DNA of 64,000 bases from Azolla caroliniana. Lineage: Eukaryota; Plantae; Polypodiophyta. The notes under the pieces were generated by a model that saw nothing but the letters and a program-made list of their open reading frames with translations, ran no database searches and had not been told where the DNA came from. The translations under genes and the position numbers were made by a program. This document shows, in pieces, positions 21,403 to 34,600 of the stretch. The DNA lies in the NCBI GenBank assembly GCA_043228905.1, contig JBHGNT010000002.1, forward strand, positions 22,754,001 through 22,818,000, given 5' to 3'. Within the stretch, counting starts at the first letter, position 1; every line of letters begins with the position of its first letter.

Positions 21403-21712
21403 GAATGCGTAATTAAGTCCTCCAAAATCCTGTCTTGTAGATTACTCAGATAAGATTCGCTCACATTTTGCCTACATTATATCTCTAGGTTAAATATCCT
21501 CAATAAGATCTAACCTGGTTATATATGTAAAATGTTCGAGGTTCTATATATATTGTCTGAAAAGGCTCCTTTGATAAGATTTACTCACATCTTAACGTCA
21601 AATATATCTTCTTGGTGCTCAATTTCGATTATGAAAGAGCCCTGAAACCTAATCTCAGGTATTTTTTCGCAATCCATACCTCTCCGTTCATTCTTTGAAC
21701 AACGCTGTTTTA

Positions 21713-21848
21713 ATCTGATGATGATACTTTGTGAAAGGCTTGTTTCTCAAAAACATTCGCAGTGGCCGCCTAAGAGCTTTCGCTTTTCTTTGTGAAAGAG
21801 CTTGAGAGCTAATGCTGCTTTCACACCCTTCCTTGGATATCTGAAGAT
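21713..21848 (+). ncRNA. U14: U14 box C/D snoRNA, copy 1
   Basis: Box C ATGATGA, GGCTTGTTTCTC, 18S-antisense CATTCGCAGT, Y-domain hairpin, CCTTCCTTGGAT + box D CTGA, terminal stem ATCT/AGAT. Confidence 0.92.
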
Positions 21849-22112
21849 CCTCCATCAATTTGCCTGATATTTCGTTTCTTCATCTGCCTTAGTTTATACC
21901 TCTATAAGTAATAGTGGAAGTGGAGACGTAGTTTTTCTAGGTCCTATAAATTCTGTCTGAAAAGGCTCCTTTGATAATATTTACTCACATTTTAACACCA
22001 AATACATCTTCTTGGCGCTCAATTTCGATTATGAAAGAGCCCTGAAACCTAATCTCAGGTATTTTTTCGCAATCCATACCTCTCCGTTCATTCTTTGAAT
22101 AACGCTGCTTTA

Positions 22113-22248
22113 ATCTGATGATGATACTTTGTGAAAGGCTTGTTTCTCAAAAACATTCGCAGTGGCCGCCTAAGAGCTTTCGCTTTTCTTTGTGAAAGAG
22201 CTTGAGAGCTAATGCTGCTTTCACACCCTTCCTTGGATATCTGAAGAT
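22113..22248 (+). ncRNA. U14: U14 box C/D snoRNA, copy 2
   Basis: Same sequence as copy 1 at +400. Confidence 0.92.
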
Positions 22249-22512
22249 CGTCCTTTAATTTCCCTGATATTTCGTTTCTTCATCTGCCTTAGTTTATACC
22301 TCTATAAGTAATAGTGGTAATGGAGATGTAATTGTCGTATGTCCTATAAATCCTGTCTGAAAAGGCTCCTTTGATAAGATTTACTCACATCTTAACGTCA
22401 AATATATCTTCTTGGTGCTCAATTTCGATTATGAAAGAGCCCTGAAACCTAATCTCAGGTATTTTTTCGCAATTCATACCTCTCCGTTCATTCTTTGAAC
22501 AACGCTGTTTTA

Positions 22513-22648
22513 ATCTGATGATGATACTTTGTGAAAGGCTTGTTTCTCAAAAACATTCGCAGTGGCCGCCTAAGAGCTTTCGCTTTTCTTTGTGAAAGAG
22601 CTTGAGAGCTAATGCTGCTTTCACACCCTTCCTTGGATATCTGAAGAT
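22513..22648 (+). ncRNA. U14: U14 box C/D snoRNA, copy 3
   Basis: Same sequence as copy 1 at +800. Confidence 0.92.
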
Positions 22649-22967
22649 CCTCCATCAATTTGCCTGATATTTCGTTTCTTCGTCTGCATTAATTGAGTGG
22701 AGACACGTTGTCGTAGTATAATGTCTTCTATATAAAGCCTGATCGTTGCATGTTTTCGGAAAGACAAATTAAATGCTGAAGCGTAGATGGAAAATTAATA
22801 CCAAGCTAACACAATTCATCGGTGTTCAGCTTTTGCTTATCAATTCTTATTGATCTGACTCGGCGAAAAGAGGAAATTGCGAAAGTGCCAGAAAATTGTT
22901 CTAATGAAAAGGTGTTCGTAGGATATCATAGATATGTTCTATTGTTAATATTGAAATAATGACTTAT

Positions 22968-23103
22968 ATCCTAATGATGATGCCTTGTGAGGCTTGTTTC
23001 TCAAAAACATTTGGAGTGGCTGCCCAAGAGCTTTCGCTAATCTTTCTATGAATAAGCTTAGAGAACTAATGCTACTCACACACTTCCTTGGATACCTGAA
23101 GAT
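22968..23103 (+). ncRNA. U14: U14 snoRNA, diverged copy 4
   Basis: Box C 22974-22980 and box D 23096-23099 intact; domain A altered to CATTTGGAGT. Confidence 0.8.
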
Positions 23104-23210
23104 CTGGCCATGATTTTCTGCATTCGGTGATGCTTCTATAGCTTATTGTTGTAACAATTTTCTTGATGCAAGGTATTCTTGCGAAAATAATTTGTTGTAT
23201 GGTAGATATA

Positions 23211-23343
23211 ACGTGATGATGATATTTGTGAAAGGCTTGTTTCTCAAAAACAGTCGCAGTGGCCGCCTAAGAGATTTCGCTCTCTTCTTAAGATGGCTTG
23301 AGAGCTAATGCTGCTTATACACCTTCCTTGGAAATCTGAAGCT
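23211..23343 (+). ncRNA. U14: U14 snoRNA, diverged copy 5
   Basis: Box C near 23213-23222, CAGTCGCAGT, CCTTCCTTGGAAAT + CTGA at 23336-23339. Confidence 0.82.
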
Positions 23344-23800
23344 TCGCAATGGTGAACGTGGTTCACTTCTTGAAGATTGCATTTTAATGTCAAGTTGTGA
23401 TTCTAAATAGGAGTGTCGTATGGTTTCTTTTGTTGCTGTGGATTTAATGCAACAATGACAATGCACAAATCTGGTTAATCGAGAAGCGTTCAGTTTTTTT
23501 CACTGATTCTAAATAGAATTCTCAGATAGTTTCTTCTATAGCTGTTTATCTTATCCTGCAATGACAATCTGAAGCTTTGCAATGGTGAACGTGGTTCACT
23601 TCTTGAGGATTGCATTTTAATGTCTATTTGTGATTCTAAAGAGGAATGTCATATGGTTTCTTATGTTGCTGTGGATATAATGCAACAATGACAATGCACA
23701 AATCTGGTTAATCAAGAAACATTCAGTTTCTTTACTGATTCTAAATAGAATTCTCAGATAGTTTCTTCTATAGCTGTTTATTTAATCCTGCAATGACAAA
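23335..23800 (+). repeat. ~233-bp tandem duplication directly downstream of the U14 cluster
   Basis: AATGGTGAACGTGGTTCACTTCTTG at 23348 and 23581; the two units are colinear. Confidence 0.88.
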
Positions 23801-25208
23801 ATGTACAAATGTGGTTACTCCAAAAGCATTCAGTTGTTTTCACTGTCTGTATTACAATTGCCAACAGAGTTTTTTTTAAGATGCGACTGTCTGTATTACA
23901 ATTACCAACAGAGTCTGGTAACTCCGTTAAACTTTCAGTGGATTTTATTGCTTGTATTACAAGTGCAGTCCGAAGTTTTTCTGCATGTTAATGTGCAAGC
24001 ATAACAGTGTCCAATGTTTTATTGAGTTTGTATAGGAACAAAACACAATTTATGCAGATAAAACTCAAATTCACATCCCAGAAAAATTTCAAAACAAATG
24101 ATGAGTCCAAAAGAACCATACCACGTTTACAAAATAGACAGTTATGCAGGAACACTGAAACAATGCATTTTTATCTCTTTGTTGACTGGTGATTGTTGTA
24201 GAGGAGATGAGATGAATTAAGTAGGGAAATGATAGATGAATTAAGTGGTAATATTTTGCATCTGGTGGAGTAGCCTGGTTAATTTCGGGAAGGTAGACAA
24301 CATCTGTAACTTTTGATATAATTGGATTGCAATATTTATTGGATTTGCCAATAGTGAATTGATTTGGATGGTTATGGTTAATCTGGACTTTAGAGTTTTG
24401 CAATGTTGCTAGGAAATCTCTGTCAAGATGGGAGGCACGATGGCTAAAATGATAATTCAGTGTTCATGTCTCAAGTAGAATGAAGATTATCTTCAATCAA
24501 TCTGGGTTTTATGGAATGATAGCCATGGTTCCATCGAGATATGAAGAGCGTCTTCACTTTTGCTCCCCAAGGTGGGCTGAGGAAGTATGTTGTAAAGTTA
24601 AGAAGAGGGCTCAATGTTAGAGAAGGTTAAGATATCATATTGGCATTGATAGAGAAGAGGACTCAATGTTGTTAAGAAGGTTAAGATATCATATTCACAA
24701 GTATGATTTGAGATTGGTGTTTAGGTTAGAGAACAACATGCATTATTGATAGTAAACCGATAGAGAACCTAACACGTAATGTGGCATTGTAAACATTTGA
24801 AGTAGGAAATGTTTCTTTGTCAATGTTTAAGCGTCTTGCACTCTTCTTTTGATCATTTATTTAATCATAAGGTAATAGCCTACTTTTTGAAGTGATGGTG
24901 TGGTAATAATACCATGTATGACAAATGTAGTGATAACATTTCAATTCCCCTAGTGCTAACTAATGTACTTTCTTTGGTCATCTTTCAACAATGGGAGGAG
25001 TGTTTGGATATAGTAATTGGTCTTTTCCAGTTGGACTTCAATTAAGGGATTAGGGCGGAGTTGGAAACCTTGACAAATTACATGCTTCTAAGTTTTGCTC
25101 ATGTCTTTGTTTGAACCCCTCCTACGACTTGAGCTATCTAGAAGCAAATTTTGCTAATCTTTTTGTTACTTGCCTAGCCAACCAACCAATGTTTCATTTG
25201 CCCACTCC

Positions 25209-25807
25209 TAGCAATGTGCCTGGTTTGGTTTTGGTTCGGTTCGGTTTATTGGCCTTGAAACCAAACCAAACCATTATTTATAATAAAAACCAAATCAAAC
25301 CGGTTTATCATAAATCAAAACCAAACCAAATCATTTTTTTGTGTTATTGATTATCATACATATTATGAATCTATTTGAGAAAATCATCATAAATTTGGTC
25401 AATACTTATCGTGAATTTAGTTATGACAGTTATTATAAATTTGGTCATCATACCTATTATAAATTTAATCTAATCATTATACATATTATAATTTTGGTCA
25501 TCATACTTATCATAAATTTGATAATCATACATCAAAAGGACACTCTACTTATAATGTATATAAAATTTAATAAGTTAGAGCCTAGAGGATTAAAGTTTAA
25601 AGTTTAAAGTTGGCCTAAAGGTGAAAATTTAAGAATATTTTTTAACCTATAAACATTTAAACCAAAACTGTTAAACCATGAAATTCAAAACTAAACCAGA
25701 TCATAACATTTGAAACCAAACCAAACGGTTTATGTATTTTTGAACCAATAAACCATTAAGCCACGATTTAACGGTTCGGGTTTGAGCCGAAACCAGGGCC
25801 ATTGCTA
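25209..25807. mobile_element. hAT-like MITE with AAACC/GGTTT subterminal repeats
   Basis: TIRs TAGCAATGTGCCTGGTTT / AAACCAGGGCCATTGCTA; TSD not recognisable with confidence. Confidence 0.7.
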
Positions 25808-26620
25808 CCTATTAGTTTGATTTATACTGAATGGACGACAAACAAAAAAGATAAAGGGAATTTGAGATTGCAAGTTGCTACTCGTTGGCATGAAGTCGGA
25901 ATTACTAGTAATCGTTGGTCAGCCATGTGGCTGTGAATCGAAACCATGCATTGAATTGACCTTGTCAATCAATTATGTTAATTGGTCAGCCATGTGGCTT
26001 CATTGCACCTCTAAGTAGTCAAATTGGCACCAATCTTGGTGTAGTCAAGTGGATGATGGCTTGCATGACTTGACCTTAAGTGGAAGTCTCCATGTACAAT
26101 GAGAATGTACGTGGCTTCATCATAAACAATCCATGCCTTGTTACACAACTTGCCTAGATTGTACTCGAGAAACCCAAAACACAAAGTACCTTGAACAACC
26201 TACCTTGACAACCCGAAGACAACACAATACCATTAAACATTGACATGCAAAGAATGCAAAACTTGTATTTGAATGTCATTTGTTTTCCATATGCAACTCT
26301 TTTCTTGAAATTACATAAAGAAATTCTCACGTGATAATGAGAAATTTCGTACATGGATAGTCAATCCTATTATCAAGGCATCATATTTTTAAGGTGTTGT
26401 GATTTAAGCATCATGCATAAAAGGTTGGGTAAACACATGTTGACATAGATTAATGCTATATTCAAACACCAATTAACCACAATTACAATTTAGGGTGTGA
26501 TATAAGGTTAATTTGATATAATGTTGGTTCGTTTGATCCTAAGCAATTAGATACATGAACAATGTAGTGGTTCCCTTCTATACAATTTGTTATTAACCCA
26601 TACCTTCGAAACACATCAAG

Positions 26621-26787
26621 CATCGTCCATGACTGTGATTCCCTCACTAGGCCTCTTATGATTTGGTAGCAGATAGACACATTGGTAATGAGATGATGGA
26701 TAGAAAAATATACATATGTACGTGACGTGTCTATTTGCACCAAAATCATAAATGAGCCTAGTGAGGGAATCGTGGCCGCGGATGGTG
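26621..26787. repeat. Imperfect inverted repeat (~60-bp arms, ~45-nt loop)
   Basis: GATTCCCTCACTAGGC...GCAGATAGACAC versus GTGTCTATTTGC...GCCTAGTGAGGGAATC. Confidence 0.8.
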
Positions 26788-28519
26788 TAGGTTGCTCAAG
26801 TGAGGGCGTGTGCGATCTACACCATCCAATGTGGATAAAAAAAACACGCCAAATAAAAAAGCTCTTAGTAATCGCCCAACTTTGACACCCTTAGTCAACC
26901 AACTACTTGTGAATTACCCAACTATCATCAGCTCAATCGCCCAACCAAGTGTGGTCACTTGGCCAAATGTGGTCGTCTAAATGGTACTCAACGTTGTATA
27001 AAACCTTGGAATTTGTGGAGGGAAAACAAAACCAACCAACCAACCATCAACATGCTTTTGGAGCATCTTCATTGTCACTTGCTTACTTCACATGTTTGCA
27101 TGTGCTTGCAGAAAAAAACAATTTTGGTGCTAACTTTTGTAAGGTTTAGGTTTTATGGTTGCAATATCCATTTAGCTTTGATCGTCTAAAATATTTGAAT
27201 TAAGTATTGCACTACATAAAATGGAAATGAAGAAACTTGAAATCAAGGAACTGTCATTAGCCAACAATAATTAGCAAACAAATAACTTGAAAACCTTTCT
27301 CTTTAGTGGAGGCCCTCCTTTGGACAAAGATTATACGAACATAGATAGGATGGATGCCAAACAATAGATTAACACACACTCAATGTATAAGTTGTTACAA
27401 CCATCTTCGTAGTTTCAAGAATATGTATGTATGAGGTGTTCCACTAAAATTTATTTATTATTATTGTTTTTGCTTGATTTTATATATGGCTGCCAGGTCC
27501 AAGTACGAAGACTGGTTTGATTGTGATAAGGGTGACATATATCTTAGTGAGGGGAGGTATGTCACGAATAATTTTCGATCCCGATTGGTTAGGAATAATG
27601 ATATATGTACTTCATTGTATTCCACCTAAAGTTATGTAAATATGCCCAACAATTCTAATGTATAATCGCAACGATAGATCGTGAGCTCCCAAACTCATTG
27701 TATAGGTGTGGGCGAGATTCCTGAGGAAAGTATCAGTCATGTATCGTGCTTGAGTCTTGCCAACGAGAGCAAAGATGGTATTGAAATAAATCAAATATGG
27801 AGGCAGACTTGTGAAAGACACATGACATTGATATAGTGCTACCATGAGGGATGAGGATAGAGGAGGAGGGTACTCCGGGGGCATGCTTCAACAACTATGA
27901 GTGCCAAAGGTTGCTAAATCATTTCATAGACCTCAAGATAAAGTACCAAAGAAATCGACAATCAAACATTTGAAAGTTGAAGATAAAGGTCGTGTCGTAG
28001 TTCCACTTCACTTCAATTGACCTTCGACACGACACCGAGGCAATTTTCGTGGCTAGATTTATTGATCAAGAGATGGCCACCCACAACTCAAAAAATGAAG
28101 AATGGATGGAGATGTTGAAGAATAAGATTGAAGCTGAATTGGATTCTTATGTAAGTATAAACCTTTGATGCTTTTTTAGTACGTGACATAAATCTTTTTG
28201 TTTTGTAAATAAGATGTGTCTATTTGGATGTATTGTAGTGTAAAAATGTTGGTGTGTCAACCGATACATACACATCCCATCCTGCATCTAACAAAACACC
28301 ACCATCGGCACCTAGATGAAGACAACCCAAAATTCAAGCTAGACGGAAAGAGGTGGAGCCGGTGACAATTGTGGTTCAATTAACATCAAATTAAGAGGAT
28401 GTAGCACCGGGTGTGGCCACAATCAATATCGGGTACATGAAGATCATCAACTCATGGATCCTGACACTGGAAAAAATAGTTTGTCAAGTGGCTCAATTCA
28501 AATTGCATTTCTTCTTTGA

Positions 28520-29060
28520 AATAGGTACCAGCTTGCATGCGGAAGGCTCGATCTCGTCGTTGACATGGGGGAGTCAGATCTTCAGGTGATGTGCAAGGCG
28601 AGAGAAATGGCATTAGCATGGACCATGACATTTATTTATCATGTGGATGGAGTACTCGCTGCCCCAAGAGTTGTCAGAACAATTCACCATAGTCTACTCA
28701 CTGTGGGTGTATCTACACAAGCAAACTTCTAAGGTGTGGGACATCTTCGAATGTGTGTCTGAGTGCGATTTCGTCTTCATTCCGATTGTGGTATCATGCC
28801 ATTGGATGTTGTGGACAAAGTTGTGGCATAACCCACATGACATGGACGCTACTAAGGTGACCAACATAGTGGTCTTTTGTGATCCACTCAATAATGAGAC
28901 GACTGACATCGTAAAGAGTCTTGCAGTTATCACGATTTAGACAATATGTAGTGAATTGGATGACCGTTGCATTGTGTTGGAGGGTTGACATCACGTAGTG
29001 CACATCCCAACATAGCCAAATCGTTGGGATTGTGGCTTTTACAAGATAAAGACCATATAG
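28520..29060 (+). pseudogene. Decayed ULP1/peptidase C48 domain, probably from a MULE or CACTA transposon relic (~27.5-29.8 kb)
   Basis: FIPIVVSCHWML...VFCDPL, and (Q>stop)PNRWDCGFY near 29013-29042. Short TCGCCCAACT repeats at 29718-29815. Confidence 0.6.
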
Positions 29061-31684
29061 ATGTTGGTAGTGGAGTTTATTCTTGGGTGGAACATATCCA
29101 GATTTTGTAAGTATGATTGGATTTGGGATGTGGATTTTATTGATCTTGGGTATTATACATATTTGGTTCCAAGGCATAGAGAATTGGTTCGGACACGAAG
29201 ATGTGCAATGCCTTTGGCTCAATATCGCTTGGTGGGCACGAAGAGTTTTGGGATTTTCGTATTCGGGATCATCCAGGATGTTGTAAATTTTGTACCTTCG
29301 TTGCAATATTGCCTTACATTGTATATTGTAACATTTTGTATTTTGGACATCACCCATACCTTATACAAGGAATCATTTTGTATATGGTTGTCCGCCATAC
29401 ATCGTATATCAAATACCCTTATTAATGGAATATCGTTCATTTTTTATCTTGCCGGTCATATTCGATGTTTAATGGTGTATATGATAATTTGTCTGTATGA
29501 TTGTAACATATTTTTTGAAACTTGGAAATACCCTCTCAATCTTCAAAGATATGTTGGACAATTATATGTGATGTTTTAAAGGTATATGATAATTTGTGTG
29601 GATAATAATGCGGAAACTTGGAATACGCGATGTGTATGATCATATTTGTTTCACCTTGGAATATTGCATCATACTTGCCCGCAATCATATTCGGTGTATT
29701 TTCAGGTGTACAATGCGGTCGCCCAACTAAATAATGAGGTTGCCCAATTTAATAATGTTAGTCACCCAACTTAATAATGTTAATCGCCCAACTTAATTAT
29801 GAGGTCGCCCAACTGGCAAAGCCAACCACCTGTAATGATCGTTTCATTAACAACAAAATTAACGGTCCAAATAACGATCAACTTAACTTGGAATTAATCG
29901 TTCTAAACACATACTCGTTTTGATCTGCAATCACTCACAACCATTTTGATCACCTAGTAATCACATTGTGAACACAGGATATCGACATTTTATACACCAA
30001 ATTAATTAAATTAATCAAATATCTTTCAGAAAAATAAACACAGCCAACCAACTATCAAGCTTCGGTGTTCTACTCATTGGAATGAATCCCCACGAACCTA
30101 ATATTATCAGCTTACTGTCCGATGTCAATTTAGATTAATCAGAATTTAGATTAATCAGAATTGAAATTTCATCCTCCTCCTCATGGTGGTGTGGATATGG
30201 TTCTAAGATTTTGAATAATGACAAAAAGGCAAAAAAATAAATTACAAACGCAATTATCAATCAATAAACGCAGGAGCGAGGAACTTAAATCAAAATTGAA
30301 ATTTCAGTTCTTCACAGAAGACAGAAAACAGAGAGTGTGCCATCGACGTCGTAGAGATGCTCCTGTAAGTTGTAACCGAGCACTGAATTTCGCCAGGTTT
30401 GATCCTTTTTCCTTTTCCGAGCTTTCAACTGTGCTTCTTATGGAGGGTTAGGTTACTGGCATGCTCAATCAACTGCGTTTCCTTTCTTTAGGGTTTTTCA
30501 ATTGATGTTTTTTTCTCTAGGGTTATCTGCTTCGTGACAGAAAATAAAAACAAGGACACACTCTTTTCAATCGACCGTGTTTGTTAATATTTAGGGGTTT
30601 CAATCTGTATTTTTTTAGGGATCAGGGATTTCTGTATATAAGGCGCTCACAGATATTTTGGATAACCTTGTTTTTAAGGTTTAGGGGATCTTTGTCAACT
30701 GTGTGTTTTTTGGGTTTTTCTCTTCATTGAAGGAACAGAATTTTTTTTTTGCTTTAACATGTTTTTTAGGGCATTTGGGATTTTGAATCAACTGTATTTT
30801 CTAAAGGTTTTCCTAAATGCTTTTGGAGACCTACATTACTTTGTAAGAAACCTATAAATAATCATAGAAAATTGTTTCTAGTCAAAATTGCCTATAAATG
30901 TTTTTGTTTTTCTAGCGAATTGGACTTTTCAGCTAAAATAGTTGAACATTAGAAGACCCATACATGAAATAGATTTCACTGACATCAGGGCACAGGTGTT
31001 TGGTGAGCTGTGGTTTTAGGGTTTTTCGTCATAGAAGAAATAGTCAAGAAGTCAATCAGGTTCTTCCCATGAAAAACATGTCATTGGTCTGAAAGAACTT
31101 TAATGTTTGTGGTTTTGTTTTTTTATCTTCATATAAGATTTACATATAAACTCAGACATACTATTCCAACAAAGACATGGCAAGAAACTTTGTTTTCTAA
31201 GTTTTTGTCTATAGAAATATTCCGTTTAACTGTTTTTTTAGGATTTGACATTTATGTTGTGATTTCAGAGCTCATAGAAGAAAAAGACAGGTATTCATTT
31301 GTGTTTGTCACCAAAATACATGGATATCTGTTGAGTTTTGAAACAAGAGGATTTATGGTTCAACATTTTTGAAACAGCTGTATTTTTAGGTTTTTAACTC
31401 ATCAAAGGCACAAATGGGAATTCATTGAAACTCTTTTATAGAACATCACACGTATTGTGAATCAACCGTGTTTCATGGGTTTTTTAATAAACTTTGTATT
31501 AAGATTCAAGTTTAGCAATTTGGAATAAACTTTGTTTCTTAGGGTTTTCAGTTTTGAATTAGCTTTGATCTTCTGGTTTTTGTTTCTTAATAGAAGACGC
31601 AGAAAAGGATTTGTTTAATGATCGTTCATCAAAAGCAGGGCAAATTTTCTTGGCAACAAAAATTTATCATATCAGCTATATAAA

Positions 31685-34600
31685 ATGCCGTTTATTCAGA
31701 ATGCACATAAACCAGCAGCCAAGTTTGGGGTGCCTGATACTACAGATACCCAAATATCAAATGTAGATGTACCATTTGTTTCAATGAAAAATTCCGCCAC
31801 CTGGAAACAGAAAGCAACCTCATCCATTTGGGCTTCAAACAATCAAAGCAACAGCAATAACAAATCACCGTTCACGAAGCCTCAACAAATGAATGGAAAT
31901 ACTATGGCACGGAAGACCTCACCTATCCATGGATCAGTTCATCCTCAGCATTCACCTCCGTTAAATATGCCAGATGCTGATTTTGGTCGAATTTCAAAGA
32001 GAAAAGAAGGTAATGTTGACACTCCTCAATCGTCACAACATTATTCTGTAGCATCTACGTGGGGAATCCTCCAAAAGGGATCTCCTATTCCCGGTCAGAA
32101 TGACCAGCCAACTGGTGATTTAAACCAAAACACTACGATATCTTCGCAAAAGAGATCCTCTGCTGGTGATCATAACAGCCAGTCAAGAAAGTTTCCTATT
32201 CTTGGTGCCAACGACTTAAACAAAAGACCAATGTTGTCGGCAGACGGAACCCTCCAAAAAAGGTTTCCTGTTGTTGATAATAGTAGCCAACATCCTATTC
32301 GTAGTGGTGATGATGTGGCCCATAGAATAATATCATCGGCAAAGGCATCAGCTTCCCAAGTCTTTACTTCACAAGCTCGCAGCAAGTCAAAACCGACTCG
32401 GGATCAAGCTTTAAAGCTATTTGCCTCAGACAAACCTACTAACGATACTAATAATGAAAGGTAACCACCATTTTGCTGCTGGTAACTGGTGATAATACCA
32501 TAACGGGGCAAAAAAGATGACAAATATTCACATGTTATTCTTCATCTGAATTGGATAGGGATGAAGTGGCAAGGGAAAGGCGCTTCCGAAGATTCAATGA
32601 TGGCATGAACCAAAATGTGAAAACTTCTGGAATGGTTCATCAGCAAGAACAGGAAAATGTACATGATAAATCTGTCAAGGGAGGCAACAGATTCCCTAGC
32701 CCAGAGAAAAGAGAGGCAGACCTTGACCAAACAGTAGAAATGGAAGAGCCAGATGGACTTGCTGAAAGGGATTGGCAATCTACAGAACCTATTCTCGGAG
32801 CTTGCCCAGATATGTGCGCAGGTACCATTGATGTCAATTTGGACTTAATGATGTTTTTAGTTATTCTAGATTCCAGAAATTTTGGTGCTTGAACTTTCTA
32901 TGTGCTCTTTCTTTTAGAGTCTGAGCGTCATGAAAGAGAGCGGAAAGGTGACTTGGATCGGTTGGAGCGACTAGATGGAGATCGGAATAAGACAAGCATA
33001 GATCTTGCTGTGAAAAAGGTTTGTGAAGCGTCCTATGTTAAGTGCTGACACTTTTTTCCTTATGCATGTATCTACAGTCTATATTTTTGCATGTTTCGCT
33101 AATACATGTTCATTCTTTCATGTTTAACATACAATTCTTGCATAATGTTTGGTGACAGTATACAAGAACAGCTGAGAAGCATCCTTCATTGATCAGACCA
33201 ATTTCTGTTTTGTCGATGACGATGGGTCATTTATTGGGACTCCTAAACAGAGGGTATGATGATGAGCTGCTTGGGCTCCACAATTTTTTGTGGGATAGAA
33301 TGAGAGCTATCCGGATGGACCTTAGGATGCAACACATCTTCAACATGCAGGCTGTTTCTATGCATGAACAGATGGTCCGTATATGCCTACAGAAACAAAT
33401 ATAGCAAACACAATAGAGAAAAAGTTATGTAGATTATGTATATGTATATGTGGCTTCTTGATCTTGAAGGAAATGCTACTGATGTGTGCAAGATTCGGTT
33501 CCACATATTGGCGATGCACGAGCTTTGTGAATATGTCAAAGGAGAAGGATTTACAGAAGGATTTGATGCCCATTTAAACATAGAACAAATGAATAAGACA
33601 TCAGTTGATCTTTTCCACATGTATGATGACCTTCGGAAATCAGGGAGCTCATGTCCTAATGAAGCTGAGCTCAGAGGATACTACGCACTTTTAAAACTTG
33701 ACAAACATCCTGGCTATGTGGTAAAATATGAAGCACATGGTTCTATGTGGTGGTTATACAATATAGATTGCACCAACTATACCTGTAACTCTGATTCTTT
33801 GTTTGGGCAGGTAGAACCAGCTGAACTGTCTCTTGATTTGGCAAAAATGACTCCAGAGATGAGAAATACACCAGATGTTCAATTTGCTCGAAAGGTGGCG
33901 AGGTTAGAAGATTGAAACATTGAAATTCTTTTCCATATGTTTTGATCATCAGCAAGTGCCGCTTACGCTTAATATATGCATATTTGTCTCTTGATTTCAG
34001 AGCGTGCAGATCTGGAAACTATCTAGCCTTTTTCAGGCTTGCTAGAGATGCAACTTACCTCCAAGCATGTCTTATGCATGCACATTTCTCAAAGGTAAGT
34101 TTATCTTTTTAGTTAAATACGATCAATGACGCATTCCCATAGATTTTTTTTGATGGATGGGTTTGATTTTGTTGTAGCTAAGAAGCCAGGCAATAGCATC
34201 ACTCTACAGTGGATTACAAAAGAACCAAGGAATTCCTCTATTTCAAGTGGCAGATTGGCTAGCTATGGAGGTAAGAAATGCTATAGCTTTTGTGAAAAAC
34301 TTAGATTATGTGTGTTGTTTATATATTCGACATTGCAGGGCCTTTCTGACCAACAACTGTCAAGCTGTACCACTATACCATCATAATCATGCTTAGTTTT
34401 CCTCAGAAGGCATTGAAAGGTTACTCTGTTTGTTGCAAGTGTCTCATCTTATTAAAGATTTCCTACCATGAATTTGTGTGGTGCAGACTATTGCGTCCAG
34501 AAACGCAAATATTGCTGCAACATGAAATAATTTTGAGAACCCTTATACGTCTTCCTCTAGGGAGGTAAAAGGACCAAAATCGAGCATACTTTGTATCTGC

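Larger units (their letters stand above)
21554..22690 (+). repeat. Tandem array of ~2.8 near-identical 400-bp units, each carrying a U14 snoRNA
   Basis: TGTCTGAAAAGGCTCC at 21554, 21954 and 22354. Confidence 0.95.

Noticed and set aside
21554-22690. Regular repeats as a CRISPR-like array or satellite
   Set aside because: Whole 400-bp units repeat with no unique spacers; explained by U14 gene duplication in a eukaryote.
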